Of a stretch of DNA of 64,000 bases, positions 51,574 to 62,469 are shown piece after piece. Source of the stretch: Candidatus Neptunichlamydia sp. Its GTDB lineage: Bacteria; Chlamydiota; Chlamydiia; Chlamydiales; Simkaniaceae. The notes beneath the pieces were generated by a model. It made no database searches. It was not told the DNA's origin and saw nothing but the letters and a program-made list of their open reading frames with translations. Position 1 is the first letter of the stretch. Every line of letters begins with the position of its first letter. The stretch is from contig OZ247587.1 of the NCBI GenBank assembly GCA_965233865.1, forward strand, positions 256,001 to 320,000, given 5' to 3'. Made by a program: the position numbers and the translations under genes.

Positions 51574-53670
51574 TTATTTCTTAACAAGAGAGAGGCCGAA
51601 GGTAAATCGGTCGTTTTTCTTATGAGGAGCAAGGGAGTGAATAAAGGTGAGGCGGAGACGCCAACTTGTGCTAATCATTGTGATGAGATCAAACTTTCCT
51701 TCGTTATAATTGAGCTCTCCTCCACGTCCCCAACCAATATGAGATTCAAGGCGCACAATCCACTGTGGAGCGATCTTAATTTGCAATCTAGAAAGAAGGG
51801 TATTTCTTCCATCTGATAGAGGAGAATGGAGGAGATTGTGGATATCTCTTGTCACTTCCATGATGAAGTCATCGGGGTTATCTTTTCTCCAATCAAAGCA
51901 GCTGCGATGGCGGAACTCTGTTTTAAAGGCAAAGTTCTTGTTGATCGTCCAAGCTAAAGCTATGTTGGCGTAGTCGAGCACTTGCTTTTCTATGTTCCAT
52001 CCCAGCTGGCTATTCAGGTTCCAAGAAGGAAAGTTCCAAATAAGGTTTCCCTGGATTTTTGGAACAGTTTTAGCAAAGGTCTGATCCCCAAAAAAACTGT
52101 AGATATAAAGATCTGCAATGATATTGGGCTCGAAAAGGGGAGAACTCTTCATGTAAAAAAGGTTGCGTATTCCAGACTTAATCACATTGAGACGGTTAAA
52201 CCCATCGTGGATGCTAAAAATATAGGGAGTATTTGTGGCGATCGTCGGGTGGGTCATCCCTTCATAATTGATATAGGGTTGCAGGGTATGACGGACCGTT
52301 TCAAAATTGCGCTTTAAAGTTAAATCAAAAAGGAGCTGGTAGACTAAGACGCCTAGGGCTGCTGGTTTGTCTCTTTGGCTGTTTCCATATAAGACCCCTT
52401 CGACACCAACAAGCGGGGTGAGAGCAAATCCCCGATGCGCAAAAGGGCGGTAAAGGGTATTGCGAGTGGATAAGCGCACTGCATTAAAATCAAGGACGGC
52501 AGGTTCAATATCCTTTGCTGATACGTAGTCCAAGTATGCAACCTTCATTCGATTTTCTGAAATGATCCCTGAGTCTCCTATTGCAAAGGATTTAGGGGCC
52601 CAAAATGATTCAGGAAGTTCTTGTTTCATCCCCTGAAATCCGTTTACACGAAACTTTCCATCAATCCCAAAGATCATCCAATCTTGGTAGTTTCGCATTT
52701 CAATGCGGGTCTGCTTGGCAGTGGTAAGCTCAAAATCCTCACTTCCAAAGTCTGTTTGCATGTTTTTGTCGCTTAGCCAGTCGTAAGTTGCTAAAAGATG
52801 GGACTTTTCATCCTCACTTGTTGAGGTATAGATTCCTTGCAGTCGGTAGTGAGTTCGTGCTTTATCTGGATTGGAATCTCTATAGAAAGCATCGTGATCA
52901 ATGTAACTGCGGGTTCGAAAATTTGTCCGTTTCTCTAAGGATTGATAGTCTGACTCAAGCGCAGCACCGATTCCTTTCGAAGGGCGGACATTGAGGCGAA
53001 AAAAAAGGTCAAGATGCTCCCAAGAATAGATTCGGTAACGCATACTTGCCTTTGGCCATAGTCCCTTATCCAGACCTATTTTATATCTCACAGGAGACTC
53101 TGCTATTGATTTTAAATTGCTTTTAAAAGCGGGGAGCCAAAAAATTGGTGTTTCAAAAAATCTAAAGGTCACATTTTTTGCAGCTAAATAATTTTTCTTT
53201 GTAATCTCAACCTCGCGCGAATGGATTTTCCAGTCGGCATTCTTACTCTCACTTGTCGTTACAAAAGCATTATAGAGGTAGAAACTCCGGTCCGAGTTAA
53301 GGCGAATTTTTTCTCCACCTAAAAACCAGAGATCAATAGCCGTTACTCCATCGTAAACAATCCCAGTTTTAGTGACAAAATCATACTCTAAACGGCGTCC
53401 AACATAGGTGTGCCCTCCGCTGTCTAGCATCAAGTTTCCCTCTGCCACAACTCGGTGGATTGCCCCTCCTTTCTCCATGCGATTGGTATAGACAATATGG
53501 CGCGCTTGAACGCGCAACTCTGGAGAGCTAATCACTCCTCCAGCGTTGGTTGAAATTACTCCATTTTGATATTCAGGGTCTTTAAGATTAACGGTAAATT
53601 CCTGCGCGCCATACAGGGGGATCGCCAACAGAAAAAAGAAAAAAATACAAAGACGCATGGAGCCATCCAA
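51574..53670 (-). CDS. lptD: LPS-assembly protein LptD-like
   Basis: Signal peptide, OstA-like N-terminus (AEGNLML..G..LEYDF..KTG; AKNVTFRF..PIFWLP), beta-barrel; follows the HEAT-repeat gene as in chlamydiae. Confidence 0.8.
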   Translation of the reverse strand: MDGSMRLCIFFFFLLAIPLYGAQEFTVNLKDPEYQNGVISTNAGGVISSPELRVQARHIVYTNRMEKGGAIHRVVAEGNLMLDSGGHTYVGRRLEYDFVTKTGIVYDGVTAIDLWFLGGEKIRLNSDRSFYLYNAFVTTSESKNADWKIHSREVEITKKNYLAAKNVTFRFFETPIFWLPAFKSNLKSIAESPVRYKIGLDKGLWPKASMRYRIYSWEHLDLFFRLNVRPSKGIGAALESDYQSLEKRTNFRTRSYIDHDAFYRDSNPDKARTHYRLQGIYTSTSEDEKSHLLATYDWLSDKNMQTDFGSEDFELTTAKQTRIEMRNYQDWMIFGIDGKFRVNGFQGMKQELPESFWAPKSFAIGDSGIISENRMKVAYLDYVSAKDIEPAVLDFNAVRLSTRNTLYRPFAHRGFALTPLVGVEGVLYGNSQRDKPAALGVLVYQLLFDLTLKRNFETVRHTLQPYINYEGMTHPTIATNTPYIFSIHDGFNRLNVIKSGIRNLFYMKSSPLFEPNIIADLYIYSFFGDQTFAKTVPKIQGNLIWNFPSWNLNSQLGWNIEKQVLDYANIALAWTINKNFAFKTEFRHRSCFDWRKDNPDDFIMEVTRDIHNLLHSPLSDGRNTLLSRLQIKIAPQWIVRLESHIGWGRGGELNYNEGKFDLITMISTSWRLRLTFIHSLAPHKKNDRFTFGLSLVKK

Positions 53671-53693
53671 CTTTCAAAGGCCACAAGTATACC

Positions 53694-55361
53694 TTATTGA
53701 ATTGCCTTGAGCAAGAGTCCAGCGAGAAGAAAGCGGTTTTTTTCATGTCCCAAGCGGATTGCAGAGAGGAGAATATTGATCCCCTCAATCTCATGATTAT
53801 CTACAAGAGTTTCATAGCTCTCAATGAGCAGCCTGGAGGTTTCCTTCGGGGTTAAAATATAAGAGCCTTCCGTTTCTTTTCGGTCTGTCCAAGAAAGCAT
53901 TTCTCGAAATTGAAACAGCTCATGATCCCGTTGGCTTCCTACCCATTGGTAGATGTAATTTTTATGGGGTCCCTCAGCGCGCATCCGATGAAGTGCTAAG
54001 TGACAATATGTGCGAATAAAAGGAGCTCCTGCGTGGCGACACTCTTTCTTTAGAAGATTTTCAGCTCCCGGAGTACCCAGACTCTCAAGGAGGTGAATTA
54101 AGATAGGAATCAATTCATTTTCTTTTTTATCAAAGACTGCTTGAGCGATTTTTAGAAATTCCTCTTCTGGGAGTTCTAAAGCATCTTGCAAAATCTGTTC
54201 GCGCAGTGCCAGCGTAATACCTGGGATATCTTGCTGAGTTTTCTTAGCATAATGAGTAGATGAGGGGATAACTTTCCAAGCCATTAAAGCGTGTCCTAAA
54301 GAGTAGATTGGCTGAAACCCCAAGTCTTTTTCATCTTTGATAAGCATTTGTAGAAGAGTAGGAACACATTTTGGATTACGCTTCTTCAATAGTATCAGGG
54401 CAGCATTTGCACGAATATGGAAGTTGTAATCCGAGAGAAGTGTAATTAGAAAAGGTTCTGTATTGGGCATATCTAGAAGCATCGGAATTGCGAGGTTTTT
54501 TTTTTGAAGTGCGCTCTCAAGGATCGGTTCTCGATATGAGAGATCTCCAAGCAGCGCCAATGAATGGCAAGCAACAAGTTTCACATTGAGATGATTTGAC
54601 TTAGAAAGCTCTTTTAAGCGAGGAATGGAATGAGAATCCTTTAGATACCCAAGAGCTGCTGCGCAGGTCTCTTGCTCCGCATGATCAGAGTGGGTTGCTC
54701 CTGCCCGAATCTCTGATAAAAAATCATCCCGACCAAAGCGTGCTGCTGAAAGAATCGTAGAGAGTCGCACATTTAATTCGGAGTGCCCCACCATGCGCTT
54801 TAAGACTCCCATGGCATCTGGAGTTCCAATCATCGCAAAAAGTTCGGGAAAATAGACATGGAAAAAAGGGGGGAGTTTTTGCATCAAAGAATCGATCATT
54901 CCTGCCACTGCCTCAGAGCGGCGCTGTGCTAAAGAATGGGCAGCCTCCATCCGAATTACTAAATATGGGGAAGAGAAAGCCTTAAATAAGAGTTCCTCAA
55001 CCTTATCTTCTTGGAGACGGCTAAGAAACTGAATCGTTGCCATTTGGGTCGTGGGATTATGACTATTCATCCCTATCTCGTAAAGTTCCATTCCTTCCGT
55101 TGAACCAGCAATTCCCAGACCATACATACTGAGCAGAAGAGTTTCCTCATCTCCGCTAGTAGCCCCTTGTTTCAGGAGAATGAACCCCATCTGCTCAAGG
55201 ATGTCAAAGTCATGATTTTCATTTTCTTTGACCCAATCTTGATAGAGTTGAATTCCTCTTTCAACTTCTCCCGCCTGCACCAAATAGAGGACTTGATTCT
55301 TAGAAATAGTTGCGCAAAGAGGAGTAAAAAATATAAGGGTTATAAGGAGAAAGCGTCCCAT
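53694..55361 (-). CDS. HEAT-repeat protein (conserved chlamydial)
   Basis: IRMEAAHSLA, TCAAALG, IRANAALIL repeats; signal peptide at MGRFLL. Confidence 0.8.
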   Translation of the reverse strand: MGRFLLITLIFFTPLCATISKNQVLYLVQAGEVERGIQLYQDWVKENENHDFDILEQMGFILLKQGATSGDEETLLLSMYGLGIAGSTEGMELYEIGMNSHNPTTQMATIQFLSRLQEDKVEELLFKAFSSPYLVIRMEAAHSLAQRRSEAVAGMIDSLMQKLPPFFHVYFPELFAMIGTPDAMGVLKRMVGHSELNVRLSTILSAARFGRDDFLSEIRAGATHSDHAEQETCAAALGYLKDSHSIPRLKELSKSNHLNVKLVACHSLALLGDLSYREPILESALQKKNLAIPMLLDMPNTEPFLITLLSDYNFHIRANAALILLKKRNPKCVPTLLQMLIKDEKDLGFQPIYSLGHALMAWKVIPSSTHYAKKTQQDIPGITLALREQILQDALELPEEEFLKIAQAVFDKKENELIPILIHLLESLGTPGAENLLKKECRHAGAPFIRTYCHLALHRMRAEGPHKNYIYQWVGSQRDHELFQFREMLSWTDRKETEGSYILTPKETSRLLIESYETLVDNHEIEGINILLSAIRLGHEKNRFLLAGLLLKAIQ

Positions 55362-55677
55362 AAGTCGATTCCAAATTGACCAAGTAATTTTCAAAGAGTA
55401 TTTACTAGTAACCCTATCACATTGTAGAAACACCCTTCAATCCCTTTTCTAAGAAGACTTCTCATTAGTTCCCTTAGTGTATATAGCTAAAGTGAGTTGT
55501 TTTAGTTATATCATCTATGGAATAGAATAGGATTTTCAGGGAGTACTGACAATAACTAATTTAAGTCACTTTAGCCATATCATCGCACAGATGTCGCTCG
55601 TACCCTATAAAGAATTCTGTTGCAATATTTTCCAGTTTGATCTACCATTATCTAAAAGATAATGAGGTTATATTTTA

Positions 55678-57321
55678 GTGGAAGCAGTTTCAAATGATGA
55701 CCCTCTAAAGGGTGGTGATATTCCCCCTGACTTTCCCTTAGAGGCTTATGAAGTCGAAGAAACTCCAAAAAATGAGAGTATTGAATCGACCAATTCAATA
55801 AATTTTCTAAAAAAGTTTATTGAGAACGGTGGGTCTCAGGATGAATATCGTGATATCTTAAAAATTATCTATGGAGAAAATCTTACTCAGAGGATATTTC
55901 CGAAAGGATGGAAGCAGGAACTTTCCAAAGAAAACTGCCTTGAAATCTTGGAACGGATCGGCCATGGGATCACCATTGAGGATTTAGAAGGCTTTTATGC
56001 TGAGCTGAAGAGCGGGGTTATTGAAAGTAAAATATTGAAGCACGTAACGGTTCCTTATCTAAGGATGTGGTGGTCTTCAAGTGTTCGTGAGCTTCCTCCA
56101 TATTGGATGGGGAAGTTTATTGATCTTTTTAAGAATCCTTTGGAGGAATTAAAAGTAGAATTTGGGTTTGATAAGGCTAACTATATTAATCGAGGGGCAA
56201 CTCTTTTTACCCATTATAGTGATCAAATCAACCGTCTTCAGGAAAGAGGGGACCGCTCTCGTCCAGAATTTTTTTATGCCTCTCGCGAACTTTTAGCAAA
56301 GTCAATTGCTGGTACAGACCCTAAAAGTGTCTTTGATGGAGCGGTTATCCCTGTTTTTAGTGAAGAATTGGGCCGAAGGGTGTTTTATACATTAAAGGGA
56401 CAAATTCATGAAAATGGTCTTCATGCTTATCTGTTTGTTCCCCTTAAAAAGGGAGAAAAATTGCCTGCAAATCTTATTTTTCGAGGGACAAAGGGTCATG
56501 CAAGTTTTGGAAGAGACCTCGATCCAAAAGGAATTGGTAAGCGGGTCTTTGAAGCAAACATTGATAAAATCGAAGCACTTGTGAAGGAAGCCAAAACAAG
56601 TCAGATTGAGGTGATTGGGCATTCACTTGGAGCTGCTGATGTCCAAAGATCTGTTGCGCTTCTTGTCGATCCCAACAGAGAGTTTAATTTTAAGGAAATT
56701 TCTATTTATGCTTTTTGTGCACCAAAACTAGAGATCGAAAGGGTTACTAAATGGAAAGAAGAGTTGAAAATTCTAGCTGAAGAAAATAAACATCCAGTGA
56801 TCCACCTTAACTTTGCCCACCATGAAAAAGACATTGTCACATGGACGGGAGACTCTTACTTATCGGGGGCTGAGCTTGATTTTATCTACACTAATTATCT
56901 TATTGTTAAATCAAATTCAGGAGCACTAAACAGCCATATTCACCACACAAGCTCATTTTTCCTTGATGGAAATTTTAACTTTGATATCGATGGACGAACT
57001 TTTGAGTTAAGAAAGAGTTTTCCAAATAAAGAGCTCTCTTCTCAGCTCCAAAAGCTTGAAGAAACAAAAAACTCCTGGAGGTTTTGGCGAGGAGTTAAGA
57101 GCTATTTTATCGCAGTGGAATCGGAAGAAGAGATTGAAAAAAGAATTGAAGAAATGAAAGGCAATCAGGAGGATATTAGTGCTCTAGAGAAAGGGGGCTC
57201 GCAGAACTCTTGGATAGTTTACTCTGGTTGGAGCCTTGTTCGTTATACCGTTCAGCCAGTTATTTATCATACTTTTGAAGCAATACGTGGGATCGGACTA
57301 AGGAGCGTACCTAAAAGATAG
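55678..57321 (+). CDS. Alpha/beta-hydrolase (class 3 lipase-like)
   Basis: LIFRGT, VIGHSLGA, KDIV, HH. Confidence 0.8.
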   Translation: MEAVSNDDPLKGGDIPPDFPLEAYEVEETPKNESIESTNSINFLKKFIENGGSQDEYRDILKIIYGENLTQRIFPKGWKQELSKENCLEILERIGHGITIEDLEGFYAELKSGVIESKILKHVTVPYLRMWWSSSVRELPPYWMGKFIDLFKNPLEELKVEFGFDKANYINRGATLFTHYSDQINRLQERGDRSRPEFFYASRELLAKSIAGTDPKSVFDGAVIPVFSEELGRRVFYTLKGQIHENGLHAYLFVPLKKGEKLPANLIFRGTKGHASFGRDLDPKGIGKRVFEANIDKIEALVKEAKTSQIEVIGHSLGAADVQRSVALLVDPNREFNFKEISIYAFCAPKLEIERVTKWKEELKILAEENKHPVIHLNFAHHEKDIVTWTGDSYLSGAELDFIYTNYLIVKSNSGALNSHIHHTSSFFLDGNFNFDIDGRTFELRKSFPNKELSSQLQKLEETKNSWRFWRGVKSYFIAVESEEEIEKRIEEMKGNQEDISALEKGGSQNSWIVYSGWSLVRYTVQPVIYHTFEAIRGIGLRSVPKR

Positions 57322-57324
57322 CCC

Positions 57325-57400
57325 ATTGAAGAATACATCCAATCCTTAAATCGATTATAACAGGAGCTCCAAGGGCCATATTCTGGTGGGAGATAGGTCT
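57325..57400 (-). pseudogene. IS5-family transposase scar
   Basis: Minus frame reads YLPPEYGPWSSCYNRFKDW. Confidence 0.6.
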
Positions 57401-57488
57401 GAAGGCAAGTGAATGCGGCTTAGGACTCCTTTGCAGAGCCGCAAAGGAGCTGTTGGCAATATAATACCAGTAGTGCTATCCTTGCTCT

Positions 57489-57827
57489 ATGAGCAAGTTA
57501 TTGTCTCTCTTTAGACATAAAAATTCTTATCCTCTTCCCCCATTTTCGGAGCGCGTAGCAACTCTTCGCCCTTACCTTGGGTCTATGGGAGCTCAGAAAC
57601 GCGTAGAAGCTTTGATAGATGTTTCGAAAGTCTGGACCTACGATTACGACGAGCGTAAGGAATTTATGCAAGAACTCTTCAACTTCCTTCCAAAAGAGAT
57701 TCAATCCTCGCTCATTGACTTTCTCTCAAAATGCATCCCTGGTCGGAATATCGTTCAGGACATTCCCCTAGCACTTAGCGAAGTCAAAAAGGAAAAATTG
57801 GCTGAATTTGTAACTTTAATTGCTTAA
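57489..57827 (+). CDS. Hypothetical protein
   Basis: 112-aa ORF. Confidence 0.5.
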   Translation: MSKLLSLFRHKNSYPLPPFSERVATLRPYLGSMGAQKRVEALIDVSKVWTYDYDERKEFMQELFNFLPKEIQSSLIDFLSKCIPGRNIVQDIPLALSEVKKEKLAEFVTLIA

Positions 57828-58246
57828 TATCTCCTTTACGAAGTCCCTTTTAAAGACGAAAAGAAAGGAATATATGCGCCCCATTCTTGGATAGAATGGC
57901 CTTTAGCTGTTTTATGGAAAATCCAACAGGAAAATTCACCAAAGAGGCTCTACCAGCCTTTATTGGTAAAGTTTCAATCCCCTTGATGCCTAAGCAGGAT
58001 TTGGGAAAGTATGTTCGTGGAGGTACGTCGATGGATGCATACTATAAGGATAATATGCCATACTTAAGAGAGTTGTTTAATGCTCATCGTGAGGGTTAGC
58101 TTTTTCCTTCTTGTGACACACGGTGCATTCTTTTTTTTCAGGATTTCCACATCGCCTGCAGTTTAAAGGGTGTTTTGATTTCAAGAGTCGCCCTAGTCCC
58201 AACAACAATGCACATAAAAGAATGAGCGCAGTCGCTAAAATAAAAA

Positions 58247-60148
58247 TCACTTTTTCTTCTTTTCTAAAGTAACAGGGGCTCCTAGATCAATCCAGATCGG
58301 GGACGTCCAAGCGATGTGCCCGTCTTCTTGCTCTACTCGCATATAATAGTAGGTAAAAGGAGGAGCTTCATCCTTCGGTTTTAAAGCAACGTTTTCGAGG
58401 GGTTCATCATCATCAAAAATAAATTCAAAAGCGTCATTTTTGGGATTGAAGGTATGGTAAGGTTTTCCATTGCGGATGATAAGAACTTCTTTAATATGGC
58501 CGAGTCCCACAGCATATCCCGTGATATGCCGATTATATTCTAAGCCGGGCTTTGCTTTGGTGTTAAGTTCTGACCCCATTGGAGCCCCAGCAATTTCAAG
58601 CCCTGCAATGATGCGCGGCCCTGTTGTTGCATAGCATGATTTTTTATTCACCGCTTGGATTAATCCATCACGGGAGTGGTTTGTAGAGAGAATAGCAGTA
58701 AGCCCAGGTGTATATTGAACTTGCTCTGCATCAAAAAGATTACCGAAAACCCCACGGTCATCAAGCCCTCCAGAAACAAAGCCAAAGCGGATGTTTTTAT
58801 TGAGGGCTTTTCGTATAGATCCTTCCGCTTTTTCTTTTATTCCCTTCTTTCCTTTGGAAGTAATCGGGCGAGGGTTTCCTTCAGCTTTTGTGCACTCCGA
58901 AGATCCCCACGCATTATAAATTTCTACGACTTTCTCATATTCTGGAGCAAAATTTTCAAAGTCAAAGCACGTTTCAGACCCCATTGTGAACATTGGAACT
59001 GCAATAAAGTCTTTAGGAGTATGGCTTTTGTAAATCTTTTTTAGGTGGTTAGCCTTACTCTCCTTCTTTCGGAGAATGGGTTTTGAGTCCTTGAGATAGA
59101 TGATTTGTCTGAGGCCCTCTTCAATGGAGGTTCCTGACCACTGCATTCCTAGGAAAGTGGAAAATCGGTCATCCTCATTAAACTCGGCGACGTGAGATCC
59201 AACCCCTTTCCAAACATCGGAGGGAGTTTCTGCCTCACTTTCAAATGAAGAGGTGCTGTAAAACTGGTGAGCTTCTTCATCTCGCACGTAGCGGAGGCAA
59301 GATTCAATGTTTTCCCCAGCATCATGAAGAGCGGTTTCTCCATGGAAGGTTCCCCAATAGAGCTGTCTATCAGTACTAGAAAAGCACTTTATGGGTGAGG
59401 AGAAAAAGTTTTCTTCTGTGGAGAGATTCTTTAGCTTAATCTTATAAATTCCGGGCTCGTTGAAGTAGAGGTTAGGGAGGTTAATAAACCCTGTTTCAGG
59501 AACAAAAAGCTTCCAACTGATATTTTCTCGGAGTCTCTCATATGAAAATTCAATCAAAGTTCCTTCAGGAGCATTTCCAGTGAGGTTTCCAAATGCGTCT
59601 TCAAAGCGGACGATGACATCAAAACGCTGGTTCTTATTGATGACTGAAGGGACAATGATGCGGATTGAATGCAATATATTTCCTTTTACGTCAACGTGGA
59701 AAGTCTCACTTTCTTTATATTCTCCTTTTCCCTTAGGGTCGATATAAAGGTTGAAGGGCCGACGACGCAAGGTATGATTTTGAGCACGGTTTCCCTTTTT
59801 TTTGCCATCTGTAGTTTCAGGGCTTCCTATAAAAATAGCGATTTCCTCACCAGCTTTTACATCACCAGGAAGAATAAATTCAAATTGTGGAAGAGTATTT
59901 TCTGGAGTGGGGACTTCTACAGCGTTTAAAGCTTTTTTGCTGGGGGTCTGCATCCAAATAAGATTTTTTTTGCTCTTTAAATTAGTCTGAGGGATTTCCC
60001 AATCAAAAGCGCGCCCTTTTGAGCCTAAATCAAACTTCAGTCGCGCACCTTTGGGAAGGTCGTTTGCGGGAGTATAGATGAATTTCCAGGTTTTGGTTTC
60101 ACCTGCAAGAGCGGTTTTAGGTTCAGCATAACTTATGGAGCGGCGCAT
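58247..60148 (-). CDS. DUF3604-family PHP-like protein (conserved chlamydial)
   Basis: MRRSISYAEP, VVEIYNAWGSSE, CYATTGPRI, YYYMRVEQEDGHIAWTSPIW. Confidence 0.85.
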   Translation of the reverse strand: MRRSISYAEPKTALAGETKTWKFIYTPANDLPKGARLKFDLGSKGRAFDWEIPQTNLKSKKNLIWMQTPSKKALNAVEVPTPENTLPQFEFILPGDVKAGEEIAIFIGSPETTDGKKKGNRAQNHTLRRRPFNLYIDPKGKGEYKESETFHVDVKGNILHSIRIIVPSVINKNQRFDVIVRFEDAFGNLTGNAPEGTLIEFSYERLRENISWKLFVPETGFINLPNLYFNEPGIYKIKLKNLSTEENFFSSPIKCFSSTDRQLYWGTFHGETALHDAGENIESCLRYVRDEEAHQFYSTSSFESEAETPSDVWKGVGSHVAEFNEDDRFSTFLGMQWSGTSIEEGLRQIIYLKDSKPILRKKESKANHLKKIYKSHTPKDFIAVPMFTMGSETCFDFENFAPEYEKVVEIYNAWGSSECTKAEGNPRPITSKGKKGIKEKAEGSIRKALNKNIRFGFVSGGLDDRGVFGNLFDAEQVQYTPGLTAILSTNHSRDGLIQAVNKKSCYATTGPRIIAGLEIAGAPMGSELNTKAKPGLEYNRHITGYAVGLGHIKEVLIIRNGKPYHTFNPKNDAFEFIFDDDEPLENVALKPKDEAPPFTYYYMRVEQEDGHIAWTSPIWIDLGAPVTLEKKKK

Positions 60149-60271
60149 ACATTTCTCTTTTAAATTTTTATGATCACTGTACTATAAAAATCATAGGATT
60201 TCAACCCCTAAGTCATGCCTTGTGTTCTGTCAACTTTAAGTTTGCCCCAATATTTTTAAAGTAGACACGCT

Positions 60272-61579
60272 CTAGGAAGAGCAGGGGGTGATTAAAACTT
60301 GATCGATAACTCTTTCACTGGATGCCAGTACTTCAAGAATGAAGTTGTCGTTGTGAATTTTCCAACCTTTTGTAGGGATCATTCCAGCGCGGTGAAAGAC
60401 ATATCCTCCAATGCTATCGTATTCTGGGCCTTTTGGGATAACAATTTTCAACTCTTTTTCAATATCGAGGATGGTCATTTTTCCATCGACGATGAAACCA
60501 CCATGGGGGTGGGGGGAATAGAGCAGCTCTTCTTCAAGAAGATCATGTTCATCGGCAATCTCTCCAACAAGTTCTTCAAGGATATCCTCGATTGTGACAA
60601 TCCCTTTGGTTCCACCATACTCATCAACAACAATGGCTAGGTGGATCTGATTACTTCTAAATTCTTGAAGGAGCTGAGAGATTTTTTTGGTTTCAGGGGA
60701 ATATAGGATGGGTTTCACTAGTTTTTCTAAGGGTGTTTCAAGAGGCGATTGATCATTTTTTTCAATGCTACGGAAATAATATTCAATGACATCTTTATAG
60801 AGAAGGACTCCAATAATGTCATCGACAGTCTCTCTATAGACAGGAATTCTAGAATAGCCCTCGGAAATAAATTTTTGAGCGGCTTCATGGACTGTTTGAT
60901 TAACTGAGAGGGAAAACATATCAATGCGAGGAACCATAATTTCTCGGACAATTCGATCTCGCATTGAAGCAACCGCACTAATGGTGCGTCTGTCAAAAGG
61001 ATCAAGGTGGATCGAGAGCTCTGATTCATGAGCCAGTTCTAAAATTTTGTCCTTCACACGCGCTCTTGAAAATCCATGGGGTCTGGATTGTTTCGGATGG
61101 AATAGGAGCTTTTGAAGCTTTAGGAGAAGGAATGTAATTGGGGAGAAAATAAATAGAAAAAAAGTAGTGGAGGGGGTAACAATTCTTAGAAAAAGAGAAG
61201 GATTATATCCCGCAATAAATTGGAAGAAAAAATCAAAAATAAGGGCTACAGCAGCGATGACTCCAATCGCTGAAAAAATATGAGGAAACTGTAGGGCTGC
61301 ATCATCGAAAAAAATGGTAATAAGGTAGAGCAGAAAAGTTGTGGAGTAGAGAAGGCGGAGAAGGTGCTTGGTAAAACTGAGAAAGTAGAAGAGATTATCC
61401 CAAGGATCGTGCAAAAATATCCATTTGATGAAGTTATAGACAAAGAAATAATGGGGCTTTTTCTTGAATTCTTTCTTGCTCTGAATGCGACCTAGAATTT
61501 GCAGCGCCTTTGTGAACGCCGTAATTGAGCTGGATCCTAGAATGAAAATCAAAGGAAAAAGGAAAGATTGGAAGCTCAT
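60272..61579 (-). CDS. Hemolysin-family CBS/CorC membrane protein
   Basis: [48 protein letters not shown]. Confidence 0.92.
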   Translation of the reverse strand: MSFQSFLFPLIFILGSSSITAFTKALQILGRIQSKKEFKKKPHYFFVYNFIKWIFLHDPWDNLFYFLSFTKHLLRLLYSTTFLLYLITIFFDDAALQFPHIFSAIGVIAAVALIFDFFFQFIAGYNPSLFLRIVTPSTTFFLFIFSPITFLLLKLQKLLFHPKQSRPHGFSRARVKDKILELAHESELSIHLDPFDRRTISAVASMRDRIVREIMVPRIDMFSLSVNQTVHEAAQKFISEGYSRIPVYRETVDDIIGVLLYKDVIEYYFRSIEKNDQSPLETPLEKLVKPILYSPETKKISQLLQEFRSNQIHLAIVVDEYGGTKGIVTIEDILEELVGEIADEHDLLEEELLYSPHPHGGFIVDGKMTILDIEKELKIVIPKGPEYDSIGGYVFHRAGMIPTKGWKIHNDNFILEVLASSERVIDQVLITPCSS

Positions 61580-62469
61580 TTTCTCTTCTTTTTATGGTTT
61601 ATAAGAGTTTTTTGGATGATTGACACTGCGGTAAGGTCGAAGGGGGTTTTCCCTCCTTCACACTTTATAGTGGGATCGGCTCCCTTATCGAGGAGGAGAT
61701 TAACAACCTCTAAAACATTGACGGTGTCAGGATTTAAAACGGCATAATGAAGGGGTGTAAAACCGGTCTGGGATCCTCGGGTGACCGCAGCATTCACTTG
61801 AATTTTTGGACTGGAGAGAAGATAGGAGACAATTTCAGTTTGCGCTTGCATAGCAGCAAAATGAAGTGGAGTGGCTCCCGAGTAGATCGCGTCATGTTGA
61901 GGGGCGTTGATGTCAGTGCAGGGGTGATCGATTAAGATTTTGGCCTCTTCAACAAGTCCTTGCATAGCGGCATAGTGGAGAGGGGTAGCGCCATCTGTAG
62001 TTCCAAAGTTGGGGTTTATATCAGGGTGGGATAAGAGAAGTTTAATCAATGGTGGAATTTGAGCAATTACCGCAAGGTGAAGAGGTGTAAAATTTTGCTG
62101 ATAGGTTTGATTTACACGGATTCCTTTAGCTGATAGTAAGAGCTTTGTAGCTTCATAATTTCCGTTCGAAACTGCGATGGTAAGAGGCGTTGATTCATAT
62201 TTATTCTGTGCATTAATATTGACCCCTTTGTCGATTAAAAATGCGACAACTTTTGCCTTGCTTCCCCCTTTTTTTGAACAACAAGCTATGTGCAAAGGAG
62301 TATTGCCATCTTTGTCACGGGTATATGTTAACCGGAGACCTTCTTTTTCATAGAGTTCTACAATTTTATCGTAATCTCCTTTTAGGTTAGCTCGCAAAAA
62401 ATCGTTTTCTGGAGTTGCAATGAGAGTAAAGCTAAAAGATACAAGGAGAAAAAATAGACCTTTATTCAT
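61576..62469 (-). CDS. Signal-peptide ankyrin-repeat protein
   Basis: GNTPLHIA, TPLHLAV, GATPLHYAA, GATPLHFAA, GFTPLHYAV; leader MNKGLFFLLVSFSFTLIA. Confidence 0.9.
   Translation of the reverse strand: MNKGLFFLLVSFSFTLIATPENDFLRANLKGDYDKIVELYEKEGLRLTYTRDKDGNTPLHIACCSKKGGSKAKVVAFLIDKGVNINAQNKYESTPLTIAVSNGNYEATKLLLSAKGIRVNQTYQQNFTPLHLAVIAQIPPLIKLLLSHPDINPNFGTTDGATPLHYAAMQGLVEEAKILIDHPCTDINAPQHDAIYSGATPLHFAAMQAQTEIVSYLLSSPKIQVNAAVTRGSQTGFTPLHYAVLNPDTVNVLEVVNLLLDKGADPTIKCEGGKTPFDLTAVSIIQKTLINHKKKRK

Noticed and set aside
49451..51925. Diversity-generating retroelement TR/VR pair at the lptD 3' end
   Set aside because: Mismatches are not adenine-specific on either strand, and no reverse transcriptase is present in the window.
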